Part shown: one piece after another, positions 37,125-49,740 of the stretch | Layout of the letters: each line of letters begins with the position of its first letter | How positions within the stretch are numbered: position 1 is the first letter of the stretch | Origin: Octopus bimaculoides | Lineage: Eukaryota | Reading direction: 5' to 3' | NCBI RefSeq assembly: GCF_001194135.2 | Contig: NC_068984.1 | Span: forward strand, 33,819,768 to 33,883,767 | DNA: 64,000 bases | The notes under the pieces: generated by a model | The model's input: only the letters and a program-made list of their open reading frames with translations | Database searches by the model: none | What the model was told of the DNA's origin: nothing | Position numbers and translations under genes: made by a program

Positions 37125-37915
37125 TATCGTTGTTGTTGTTGTTGCTGCCTTTTCACAGCTTCTAACGCCGGAGATGTACTACAGTGTCAGCTGTTCACTA
37201 TGAGTGAACTAAGGAAACATCTCTTACTTTTCGAGCATCTTCCGGAGTATTCGAGCGGTTCCAAGCAGTGCTGTTTTCTGCAAGTGCTCCATCCTTATCG
37301 CAGCCCTATTTGTTCCACGTACCTCTCGAGATGTTTGCTCACTGTTCCCAGGGCTCCGACAGTTATTGGTACAACTACCACCTTTTTCGTCGACCACAAC
37401 TGCTTAAATTCCAGAGCTAACTTGTCATATCTCTCGACTTTTCTTTCTTCCTTATCGCACACCTTGTTGTCAGCTGGTCATGCTATATCTATGCTCCAGC
37501 ATAGTTTGTTTTCTTTCTCAATTAAGACTATGTCTGGCTTCCTATTCCCTATCTCATGGTCGCACTGAATCATAAAATCCCATATGATCTTTGCGTTTCT
37601 ATTTTCGACAATGCCTTCAGGTTTGTGGTTGTACCGATCTTTTGCTCTGTCAAGTTCATACTTGTTTCAAAGCGTCCAATGGACAAGCCTGGCTATATTG
37701 TCGCGGCATCTCTTATATTCTTTCTGGACTAGTGGCGTACATTGGCTGGTAATATGCCATACGGTTTCATCGTTTTGTCCACAGACTCTGCACTTATCAC
37801 TTTCTGATGTGTTGTCTATTCTGTATTTTATGTAGTTTGTACTTAGTGCTTGCTCTTGGGCAGCACAGCTTAGAACCTCCGTTTCTGGTTTTAAATCACT
37901 TTTAGTCATCCAAAC
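37061..37915 (-). mobile_element. R4/Dong-like RLE-type LINE (family RLE-1), 5'-truncated 3' end with (GAT)n/(TAA)n tail
   Basis: WMTKSDLKPETE..AAQEQALSTNY..CRVCGQNDETVWHITSQC (CCHC knuckle), then ..WDFMIQCDHEIGNRKPDIV..IDIACPAD..EEEKVERY..VPITVGALG (PD-D/ExK restriction-like endonuclease). Confidence 0.9.
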
Positions 37916-38278
37916 TTTTATGTTTGACTTTCGTAGCTGCCATATCTTAGCGATCTCAGTTCTCATGTATCTATATTTATCAACCTTTTTTCATTCTTTC
38001 ATGATGATATATTGATATCCTTGCACTGCCACGTCAATTAGTAGCACTCTTGCTTGTCCCTCCTAAAGGTTACTATATCCGACCTTCTGTGCTCTAACAT
38101 CTTGTCTGTCTGGAAGTCAAAGTCCCAGAGGACTTTTGTCTTCCTCTTCTCATCCATTACCTTGTCCGGTGTATGTTGGTACCAAGCACCCGTAACCTCA
38201 TATCCATACTTCCGGAATAGTACCCAGCGGAGGTTTCCTACTACGTTGTCGTGTCTACGCTTGTACTCTTTGACTTTG
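37915..38278 (-). mobile_element. RLE-type LINE (family RLE-2) endonuclease fragment fused to RLE-1
   Basis: KEYKRRHDNVV..KVLWDFDFQTDKMLEHRRSDIV..DVAVQG..IIMKE*KKVDKY..RTEIAKIWQL; same family as 53915-54280. Confidence 0.85.
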
Positions 38279-38319
38279 TAATACCATCTCTTGTAAATAT
38301 ATATATTACTTTACTTACA

Positions 38320-38772
38320 GTTTCTGCGGTATCTAAAGCAATAAACAATATCTAAAAAGCGAAAGTTGCATCCATAGAGGTAGATGGAGATCTTAGATGA
38401 GGCAAATTATCGTTCGTAGTTGTGGAATTACACCAGAAGCACCTTCAGCTCCTCAAAGCAATATCTAGCATCATTCCTCACAAGGCAAAATATATTTCAT
38501 TTCCCAAGATCAAAAGACAAAAAGACCAATTTCATCTGCAATGGATGCAGTAAATCTGCGTGTAAAGAAAATAGCAAGACGGTCTGTAATCAGTGCCAGG
38601 ATTAAGAAATGGGCACATAAAATGCTGTAATACATTATTCAGACAATAAACACTGATTGATAAAAGTATAACTGAAGTGTTTTTCCGGTATTTAAATGCA
38701 TTTTTAATGGTGGGAAAAAATGACTTCAAGGTTCCGCAAACGTATTATTTTTCATGGTACAACAAGGTTACA
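38320..38772 (+). mobile_element. piggyBac-like transposon 3' fragment (C-terminal Cys-rich domain)
   Basis: ORF 38420-38605 ends PRSKDKKTNFICNGCSKSACKENSKTVCNQCQD*, matching the piggyBac CRD spacing (P..KD.KT...C..C....C.EH....C..C). Possible degenerate AGGG-TTAA end (aaggttac) near 38765. Confidence 0.6.
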
Positions 38773-40146
38773 AAGTACGGGAAATAAAGTAAATTTATCT
38801 TGCGTCGGTTTCAAGGATAGATATTCTAGTTGCTAGATCAACTGAAATGCAGCTTCATTCAATTAACGTGTAAATGACTGAGTACACTACAGACTCGTAT
38901 ACTGTTTCACTACTTCCATTGATCCAAAGCTTATAACAGTCAAACTTGCCTAAGACGTCAAGCAATAAGATTGAAAGTGTAACCTCGTCGTTACACTTGG
39001 CAATTCGGTGATACCTGCGTTATGTGTATTGTCAGGAATAGTACAGAGAACACATGAAAGTATCACTAGCATAAGCTGCATTATGCATGCGTTCAGCATT
39101 ATGTATGTGATCAACTTCCATATGTATCATGTATCGATTCTATCCAGCTACAAATTGTTATTCTTTAACTCCAGGTTTTTCCGATCGAGATGATTTATAA
39201 TCAAAACGATTTTAATTGTGCCCATCTCATCTCATTTTATATAAAGGAAAGTATTAACCAATTTGTCCTTCTTTAAGATTGTAAGATGAGACCTGTAGAT
39301 GTTTGGTTGTTATTTCAAGCATACACCCATTTGTAGTAATTGGTCTTATCATTTAGCTTTAAATCAAAACTGATCCTGAAAAAATTATGATCGAAGGCGA
39401 TCGGCCTTGATCGTTTTTTCACGTAGATATGAATATACTGATACATATGATCTTCCATTTTCAAGCCTGTAATATATTATTCTAGAGATTCAGCGACTTT
39501 TTCACAAAATATTTAGCGATCACGCAGTACTCTCATTGGCTCGTGGTTATGGCATGTTGTAATTCGTAAAAACAATTAACAGTTAAGGATGCTAGTTTTA
39601 CATTTTTGAGCAGCCATACATTTACAACAGTTTCCATCTAAATACATTCTGAAGTTAATATGTTTTTTGTCAGAGATAATTTCTTTAATATCGCTGAACA
39701 TTGTGATAACAAAAAAAAAATGATGATGAATAGAATGTTTTAATCTGTGAAATATATTTGTATATACATATAAATGGGGATAAATTTAATTTTGCCAGTA
39801 TTGAAAACAAATCTTGACAACCAAATTAATATTATTCTGAAGTATATCAACGAGTAATGATGAGGTGTTTCCTTCTTACATTAAATCTGAATTGCGCTTG
39901 GAAGTGGAAAAGTAAAATATTTCTTAAAAACAAAAAACACATTAATTAACTTAAGACATGAAAACAAATAAAACCAGTAGTTACATATTTAACTGAATTT
40001 CGTTTCTGAGATTGTTTTGAAGAAAAATATTAAATAAATTGTTATCTTGCTAAACAAAACACCATGTTAACTATATGCTTGGGAAATTAAATTACTATAA
40101 AACATACAATTTATAAAATGGTGCTTCGAGGAAGAAGAAATCAGCA

Positions 40147-40147
<1 letters not shown>

Positions 40148-40211
<64 letters not shown>
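40148..40211. repeat. (AAT)n microsatellite
   Basis: Seen directly. Confidence 0.97.
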
Positions 40212-40213
<2 letters not shown>

Positions 40214-41664
40214 GTAAAATAAAGAAAATGATGACAAAGAGCAAGAAAATATAGTACCCATTAAGCAGTATCTTTGGTAGAAGACAGACTGTCTGTATCG
40301 TTTGAAACGAAATCTATTGGTAATTTATGGAGAAAAGTAGATGAAAAATCAATTATGTCAAAAAGCCTATCCAATGAAACAATTTTTAATACAGTTTACT
40401 TTTTTGGCAATTCATGTTATATAAATATTGTTTTAGCGAGTTGACTGGTATTTCATTTAAATCGCTAGGTGGCGCGAGTACGTCATTTAAAGATCGTTAT
40501 ACAATAGTATTTGTTTTGTGTGTCATATCGAGATATAATAATGGCTAAATGCATAATATTTTGTATATTAATCGGAAAAAAAACATCAATTTGTTCTTTT
40601 CTTAAACCACAAGCATCGCTGCAAAAGAACAACACTCAGAATCTTTAGTTCTGCCGTCATAGAAGAGGAGATTAAAGGAGAATCACTCGATGAGAGAAAA
40701 TATAGATAAATGCAGACATTCGATATTCTTATATGTGTGTTTATAGGCGATAGGGTTAGTATAACAGATAGCTCAACTAATGAAAAATAATGACACTCAG
40801 TCCAAATACATCTTTTTCCTAAGCATCTTAACTATGTTTCTAACAGATAAACCTAAGATTTATTTGTAGGTATGCATATTTGTATGTGTATGCATGTGTG
40901 TGCGTGTGTGTATCTCTTTTTTGTCTTTCTTGTCCGCTCGCTTATAACAGAGCAGCTTATGTTGCTGACATGACTACATTGAAAGATATTATCGTAAGGT
41001 ATCGAAATTGTGATGATTTGTGGTCGATAACTGCTTAGGAATTGAGCCTATCTACGTCCATATCGCTTGTTGCATTTTCTTTGTGATCTTGCTGAGCCGT
41101 AGTTTTATATATATATATATACTTTATTTGTGGGTTCATAAGGCAACCAATTGTTTCTTGTAAGATATCTTCACAATTGTTCAAGCATACAAAATAGAAA
41201 TGTTGGTGCTCGTCTGCATGTCAATCGGATGTCCATTTTATAGCTTTTCACGAAGTAATCGTACAACGGTTTTCTTTTTGTTCACAAATATAACTTTGAA
41301 CCACTGGCATTGGCGTTTGTTACTGTATTAATAAGAGAGTCCCTGTTCGTAAGAAATAAGTTCCCTGAGACCACACTTATCAGATTGAGATATCTCAATA
41401 GCAATTAGGTAAAACAGACGAATTGATCAGTTTACATTTGGTTTTCTTTTTAAACCGTGTAATCACTTGATAATAGCTACGTTACATTTTCATTGATGCA
41501 CGCTCATAACACTGCAAATCTTAAAAATAACAGCGTCCAAAATATATTTTGCCTACATACATGCATGCATACATACATACATACATACATACATACATGG
41601 TGGAACACCACTCATGACGTAATAAGACCCGTTTCACTCAATGAAATTTCTCTAAGTTATTCCT

Positions 41665-42700
41665 CCCATCGCTAATGACGTCTCATACGGCATCTTAGAC
41701 TTAGCGATCTTTTCACACCGACCACAATTCAACCTCCCAGAAACAGCCCGACCACCTGAATGTTTGGGCCTACAATGCCGAATGAATCAACTAGACGATC
41801 ATGCACTCTGCTATGCATGGTGTACGAGAGGACATGCAGGATGTCATATTGGTAGACGGGGGCGCCTCTGTGACAATGCTTGTAGTTGAGTAGATCTTCT
41901 TTGTGAAGTAGACACGACCACACTGCTCACATGAAAGGGATTCTTTGGTGCCTTTAACAGGAAGAGGAGTCACATCTTCCATATATTTACCAACACTTCT
42001 CACTTCAGTATATGCAACCCTGTTATTCCCGAATACTTTATCACGAGAAGCAATCAGATTTCTTCTCAGCTTTCTATTTGATGTAAGATCGTTCTAAGTG
42101 TTAGTATTGATAATGATCTTTACAATTGTGTCCTCAAGATTGTCTTTGAAACGCAACGTTTACCTGGCTTGCACAGGAGAAATTTTCCGAGTTCCAGTTC
42201 ACCATACAACACCTGTTTTTCCATGCTAGTCTCATCTAAACGGAGAAGATGGCCAGAATGTTTAAGTTGGTATCTCAAGATATTTGTTATCTTCGCCAGC
42301 TGCAGTACACGCCTATCAGTTACATGAGACGACTTTGAGATTTTCGAGATATTATGCAAATATCACTGATTGAAACGCTGGAGCCACTGGATATACCTAC
42401 AGTAAAATGTCCAGGTCTCCCATATACATACAACAGAACTACTAAGTCATATGTTTGATAGACCTCGACTTACTTGGCTGCCTTGAAGTCCGTTTGTAAC
42501 CGGAGCCTCAATTCAAACTTTCCAAATGCATCAAAGTCTATAACTGAGTATTAAATCTAGATAGTATGCTACCAGGATCTACTATTTTTAATTGTTAGCC
42601 TTGATGTATATCGACCATGGCATATATGGCTTGCCTGCTGTTGGTTGTAACATGACTACTGTCTTCTTAAGGCTGACTGTAAGTTCAAATTCATTACACG
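41665..42700 (-). mobile_element. RTE/BovB-like LINE 3' part (late RT, C-terminus with Zn-finger-like motifs)
   Basis: [74 protein letters not shown]. Confidence 0.85.
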
Positions 42701-43695
42701 TGGCTAAAAAGCCGTGATTTGGAGCTGCAGGTCTTCTTCAGTGCAGGGTGCGAGATCGGAGTAAGGACGTTTACAAATGAGAGCCATGAACGCTTTTGTT
42801 ATTGTAGTAAACCGACGGATGTTGCAAAGTTTACACGTCGAGCAGTAACGGATGCAGACACTGGCATCGTTATGCGTTATGGCTGATTGCGTTGGGTTCA
42901 GTGTTGTGCAACCGTTTATCCAATCAAAACATATCCACACATAGAAACTTCTTTGACGCTCGGAACAATTCACGGATATGCGAAAAAACTTGCAACTGAA
43001 GCATACACGCCTTACAAGTTTGGAGTATGTAATTGCTAACCTATACGCAAGCAGCATGGGACAGTGATCAATTCATCTTCAAATGTGGCAATGGAGTGGT
43101 TCGTCAGCAGCCCGAGGAGTGACAAAACAGCTCCTTTTAGAGATAGCACTGCTCGTCTACTGGCCAGAGGGGCCTAGGAAACGAAGTCTAAACAACGCTT
43201 TCCACAACCGAGCTGGTCAGTACATCGCGGATTGCGATTATTCGCTAAGGCAAGCGAAATACAAATGTTCAAGAAACCCTTGCGTTAAATCATGAACAAA
43301 TACCATCTTCAAAAGAAAAACTCAATTTCAAGATCAAAGTGATGGAATGTAATTAGATTTTTAGACTTGCCAGAATCCGCATACACTGAGCACTGTACCA
43401 CTTTTACATGTAGAACATGTTCTTCATATAACCTCGATATAACTGCACCCTCAAAAGCGAGGTTTTTTCATGACGGCCAGTTAAAAGAACAAGAGTCTGG
43501 CTACACCTTACTTTATAAGGAGTGGTCAAACAATTTACGTCGGTGTTTGCTTTGGTGTTAAAACCCACTTGGGGAATCATTTAACAGAGCTTCTTCGCTG
43601 CTTCTCTCAAGTGTAATGACAATATGGTTCCAACTCCTCTTGAAACACTTCAAGACAGTGATCGCTGTTATGCACCAACTCTTGTCAGTCTCTTG
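42700..43695 (+). mobile_element. RTE-like LINE 5' part (probable 5' UTR plus start of the AP endonuclease), opposite orientation to the adjacent 3' part
   Basis: DITAPSKARFFHDGQLKEQESGYTL (cf. DIAALSETRL..EGQL.E...GYTF), GVKTHL..HLTEL, and ..YAPTL at about 43670-43690. The UTR assignment for 42700-43280 is inference. Confidence 0.75.
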
Positions 43696-43939
43696 GGTGA
43701 AATAAACGTTTCTCCTTCTTTTGCACGCGGGTGATTAAAAAAACATTTGTGAGAAATGTTGATAAAAATGACAAACTTGTATGTCTGAGGGATTTAAATC
43801 CCCGTTTAGGATAGTGATTCTATATTTTTGGAGTAGCATAGGAAATCACGGAATAGTAATAAGCAACGCAAATAGCCAACTCTTCATAAAGCTGTGCCAG
43901 GAGTAGAAATTAATGATAGTCAAAACTTAGTTCAGACAA

Positions 43940-44008
43940 AAGAGTAAATATAAGGATACTTGGAAGTATCTACGTTCAGGCTCCGTGACATTCTCGATTG
44001 TACATACA

Positions 44009-44042
<34 letters not shown>

Positions 44043-44088
44043 CATACATACATACATACATACGTACATGCATGCATGCAGGCAGGCA

Positions 44089-44122
<34 letters not shown>

Positions 44123-45380
44123 CACACATACATACATACATACATACGTACATGCATGCATGCAGGCATACATACATACATACATACACACATACATACA
44201 TACATTCCAAACTTAGAAATATATGGCAGTCAGAAATCTCATCTTACAAATCCTCTCCACAGACGTCTAAACCCGCAAGATAACGGCATAAACTGGAAAT
44301 CTCCATAGAAATAGTGATATCAACAGGCTCTACCTAAGAACAGATAAAGGAGGTGGCGGCTTGAGGTCAATACAGGTAGTTTTAGAATGTCGTATAGCCT
44401 CCCTCAAAGAGCATTTGCTAAAACCAGCAGGAAAAATAAGCGCATTAACTTAGTGATGTAAAGTGAATTGAACAATATCCTACGTGTCAGGAACGAGCTC
44501 TTCAGGAAGCACTCTCTCCTTAACTTCCCATACAATCCTAAAGCAGCCGGACTAACATGCCTGAAAGAAGGGTTGGAAGTAAAACGTTCAGCACATAACA
44601 TAACGACTATGCATGGGCTTGTTTCTCGTAGACTTGAAGACGACAGTAATATCAACATAATGCAAAGCTACTCTCGCATTCGTGACAGCCACCTCACATC
44701 ACACTTCGAAGGCTACGATACATTTGCAATCCAAGAACAGGAGATTGCTATTAAATACCAAATAAACAAAAGAGACAGCGAAGCCTTTGGAAATCTTAGA
44801 TACAACCGAAAATGTTGATTATGTCATATAACTGTGGAAGGCATTACATACGTAATAAGCGGCTGCCCAAGAGTGTCATCAAGGTATTACCTCTCTCTGT
44901 GACAGGACAGTTTTTGCAAAAACAATAATACAATGCCATGCGGAAAAAAGATTGTAGAGGAGTAGAGAGCTTCCCTCCTACTGTTATTGAATGCGCACAC
45001 AAACGTCAACAAAAGGGAGATACTGGTGAGGAGTTTCCATCAAAACACCTATCAAGTATAAGCCTAACTGGCCGGATATTGTTGTTCGGGACAGACAAGA
45101 AGAATTATATACCGTCATAGAGGTCAGCTGTCCTACTGATGTGAATATCTCGTTGAAAATCAGAGAATAAGAGGATTACTAGGATAACTGCTTCAAAACC
45201 CCCAACTTCAATATCCTAATTATAAATTTACATTTATACCAATAATAATCTGTACACTTGGTTTTGTGAGTAAATGCTTAAGTAAGAATCTGGGGAAACA
45301 AGGGTTTCTAGAAAAAGAAGTCGACTCACTAACTCGCACACTACAAAAACAATCTGTAAGTGGAACAGTAAAATGTAACA
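43940..45380 (+). mobile_element. R4/Dong-like RLE-type LINE (family RLE-3), RT thumb to C-terminus, interrupted by (TACA)n at about 44001-44205
   Basis: KLRNIWQSEISSY, SDINRLYLRTDKGGGGLRSI, FAIQEQEIAIKY..KC*LCHITVEGITYVISGCP (CCHC), WPDIVVRDRQE..IEVSCPTDVN (RLE), LTRTLQKQSVSGTVK. Confidence 0.88.
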
Positions 45381-46979
45381 TTATTTTCGTTATCTATATT
45401 TCACCTGTAGAGTTTTGTACCTTTGTTAGAATTTAGCTACTTCTTCAGAGCAAATATTTTAATAATCAAAAACAGTTGAGATCATACATACCTTCATTTC
45501 GCCCGAGGGCAAAACATCGAAGCAAACTATATCCACCAAAATTTTGACAACATAAAACTAGGCAAGTCGTACATATAAGAAAAACTACTGTGCTATTTTT
45601 TTCTATTTGCTGATGGTGATATGGCAACTAAAAATACCATCGCTTCAGAGGGAAAAATTGTATTTATTCTAGTATTAATATTTGTATTTCTAAATATATT
45701 TCGCTTGAATACCCTTATGTATATCAGATTACATTATTATTATGTTTGTGCATTATGCTAAGATCACTCTGTGTTTCTACAATGGAAAGGCATATTGAAT
45801 GACTTACTAAGAAATATCTGTATGTAATATTTGTGGATACATCGCAACAAACTATATGCAAAATACATGAATAAAACTACTTGGGGAAAATAAAATAAAA
45901 TAGAGGCGATACAGTCGAAAATTCTATTTCTAAATTAATATAAAACTGTACGAACACACACATATATATGTAAGAGGAGTATGTTTATAAATATATACAG
46001 AAATTATATTTGTCTATGCAAATATATCGATTTATAATATAAGACGCAGAACAAACAAGTTGTTCATTTCTACCTTGAAGGTGAATTGCCAGGATTTAAT
46101 CTTTCAGAAAATATGATTTGTTGAATTATATCTTCAAGATGGTTTATTTCTATTGTAAATTGAACAAGTTCTATATAAGTTTTGCCCTTAAGATGAGCAT
46201 CTATATATTTAATTCGACACTGTTTTAAGCTATTTTCGTTTATATTCTTTCCCATGACCATCATATTACTGCCAATTGTTTAACAGATCGGATATATATT
46301 TACATCTAGAGGATTTTATAACAACTTATCTCTCACTTTGGCAGGTTTACTAACTATTTACATCATGTTTAAGAAGAATCTATTTTTATGTGTGTTATCT
46401 ATAAATGTATTTTTGGACAGAGTTGACAAGAACTGTGGACTGTTAGACTAAATATATTACAGAATTTAGTTTTGATCCACTCATCCAACTTATCTACCTC
46501 TCCGACTTCGATAAAACAAATAACAGTAATATTGAGCTGCATTTTGATAAATCACCTAGCGCAAGAAATAGCTTTGCCTGCTCCTATAAAGATAAAGGAT
46601 CCGCTATTTGGCTACTCAACATGCTAGAAATAGTAAGCAAATGTTTCTCAAACCAGACTTTGCTGTTTCAAAACCAGAAAGAATATTTAATCATGTAATT
46701 TTACATATATTTAGTCTGAAAATAAAATACGATGGTTACCACAGATTGAATGCTTTTGGATACAATTATGTTTCACCAGGGCTGTCGAGGAAATAAATTG
46801 TAATAACAAGACAGGAAAATTGAATTGAACTTTAGATTAGCATATCGATGTATAAAAATAGCCGTATATATTCCATGAATTCTTTGAAGTTTTATATGAA
46901 TGGATAATCATTAGAATCTGAATTAGTTTCAGGCCTAAATAGGGCCAGTTCAAGTTTCGTTTTTTACCTCATCTTACGG

Positions 46980-47170
46980 CACACAATACCGGTTTGAGAT
47001 TGCTCGGCCTGCTAGAAGTAACGACCTAATTTCCTCTAAATTATACTTTGCTATCTTCGAAAAGAGGAGACACGGGATGATGTCATCCTAGGGACAGTAA
47101 TATTTTAAACTTGAGAAACAGTAGGGCTGTCACAACTGGAATCGCTTTTGATCATCGTTCTGCTACTTTT
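46980..47170 (+). repeat. Degenerate interspersed repeat module, probably a SINE 3' part. Related pieces at about 46590-46720 (+), 34910-34985, 36925-37025 and 39345-39420 (opposite strand)
   Basis: Shared cores visible between copies: gcctgctagaa(a/g)ta and, on the opposite strand, (cc)tatgatc(a)aa(g)gc.att. Confidence 0.4.
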
Positions 47171-48196
47171 ATGTAGCGATTGAACACTCTGACGAATATC
47201 TACGACAAAATTTTCCTGTGTTTTTGTTTCTCATTATGCTGATATATTGAAAAACATGACATCAATATTGTCGTTTCGGATGCGAATATTTTGCTTTTCT
47301 TCTGTATTTTTCTTACGTCTCCTATCAGCCATGATCGAGAATACTTTTGATTAAAAGTATAGAAGCCATAACCATACCCAAACCTTTTTTTCTTCAATAT
47401 GTATTCATACACGATATGTAAATATAAGATCCAAAGATCTAAGTGTAGCAAGTGTGTAAGCTTCGCGCAGTCCGTGGTAGTTGTAAAGCAACAACGTTAG
47501 AATCAATAATAATTTAATGTTGAAGATTGTAGGCTTTTCGATACGCTGAAAAATAATCTTTTATGGTTTACGGTTAGCAAATTCAGTCGCTATGAATGCG
47601 AATAAAAATTCAAATTAAGGGACTGAAGCATGTAAAATTCAGGCTACATATTTTTCCTAGCTAGTAGATACTCTGACATCTAAGAACACCGTATCCATTA
47701 GTTGAGCTAAGTTTAATTTGCTGCAAATTTACCAATTTCATGTCAATTTCTATCAGAGAAAGCAGCCAGCCAGAGGATTCCTCGCCAAAGATTTTCGTTT
47801 CGCCTTTTATGCACAATATTATTACTCTAAGGTGCAAAATTTTCCAACGTGTCACGTACGAACCATTATCTGTACATGCCATGAATTGTTCAAAAAAATT
47901 CTTCAATAGATATATTTCCAAGTTCATAACTTTTAAAAGCATAGCTGTACTATATTATATCTGTTCCACATTTTCAATATCTCTACACCTCAGACTCCAA
48001 CAGTTTCTTGGTATGCTTCACAAATCCTCTACATCGAAGGCCTAAATCTCACTAACATACAGCATATTTATAGAACTATATNNNNNNNNNNNNNNNNNNN
48101 NNNNNNNNNNNNNNNNNNNNNNNNNNNNNNNNNNNNNNNNNNNNNNNNNNNNNNNNNNNNNNNNNNNNNNNNNNNNNNNNNNNNNNNNNNNNNNNN

Positions 48197-48227
<31 letters not shown>

Positions 48228-48712
48228 TGTATGTATGTATGTATGTGTATGTATACATATATACACATATACATGTATATATATATATATGTATATACAC
48301 ACACAATGTACGTACGAACACACATGTACACACGTGTATAATACATGTTGCGTGTATGCATGTATGTATGTATGTATGCACTTATGTATGAATGTATATA
48401 TGTACGTATAACATCACTATTGTGTGTTGCATACAATGGCTGGCCATAGTCGAAAATGACAAAACACTCATTAAATGAAGGCATGATTCAATGTGGGGAA
48501 ATAACCTCTCTGGATGACTGTTGTAAGAGGCCCCATCATTGACACATCTATGCAAAAGAGCATAGGTCTCCAGCAGGACCACAACCAAGCAGGTGAGGTT
48601 TAAAGGAACAATACTGAGATGGCGCACATCGAAATGTATGTATGTATATACACAAACACACACACACACACACACACAAACACACACATATACACATATC
48701 TCTATATACACA

Positions 48713-49125
48713 TAGGCGCTGGAATGGCTGTGTGATAAGTAGCTTGCTTACCAACCATATGGTTCCCGGTTCAGTCCCACTGTGTGGCATCTTGGGCAAG
48801 TGTCTTCTACTATAGCCTCGGGCCGACCAAAACCTTGTGAGTTAATTTGGTAGACGGAAACTGAAAGAAGCCCGTCGTATATCTATATATATAAATATGT
48901 GTGTGGGTGTGTGTGTGTATGTGTGCGTGTCTGTGTTTGTTCTCCTAGCAGTGCTTGACAACCGATGCTGGTGTGTTTATGTACCGTCACTTAGCGGTTC
49001 AGCAAAAGAGACCGATATAATAAGTATTAGGCTTCCAAAGAATAAGTCCCGTGTTTGATTTGTTCGACTAGAGGTGGTGCTCCAGCATGGCCGCAGTGAA
49101 ATGATTGAAACAAGTAAAAGAGTAA
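48713..49125 (+). mobile_element. Full-length SINE family A
   Basis: taggcgctggaatggctgtgtgataagtagcttgcttaccaacc...ggttcagtcccactg...ttgggcaagtgtcttctactatagcctcgggccgacc...caagtaaaagagtaa; collinear with 22311-22725. Confidence 0.93.
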
Positions 49126-49276
49126 TGAGAGATATGTAAATAAATAATATATATATATAAATATACACATATATATATATATATACATATAGACATATGA
49201 ATATACATATAAGTATACATATATACATATATATATATAGACACACACACACACATATATATATATTCGTATATAA

Positions 49277-49347
<71 letters not shown>

Positions 49348-49415
49348 TGTGTTCAGAAAGTAGCAGTGTACAATGTTATGCTCCTCCATTTTCAGTTTTC
49401 ACCCTATGCTGTCCG

Positions 49416-49484
<69 letters not shown>

Positions 49485-49661
49485 TATGTGTTTCCCGGCT
49501 TGCATTTGGGCTTCAGTTGCATATGAATAGATAATTTAAAAAATTGGAGTCAACAAAAAGGTGTACGATTGGACGTTTATTTTCAATCACTACAATGGTT
49601 TCTACCTAGTTCTCCAGGCATGCAGATACTTGATTATGCAACCATTTGCCTGCATTTTTCA

Positions 49662-49692
<31 letters not shown>

Positions 49693-49740
49693 GCGCGCGC
49701 ATATANNNNNNNNNNATATATACATACGTACACACACATA

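Noticed and set aside
41791-42003. CEQCGRV motif suggesting a C2H2 zinc-finger gene of the kind expanded in octopus
   Set aside because: It is the C-terminal Zn-finger-like tail of the RTE ORF, contiguous with RT sequence, and there is no TGEKP-linked array.
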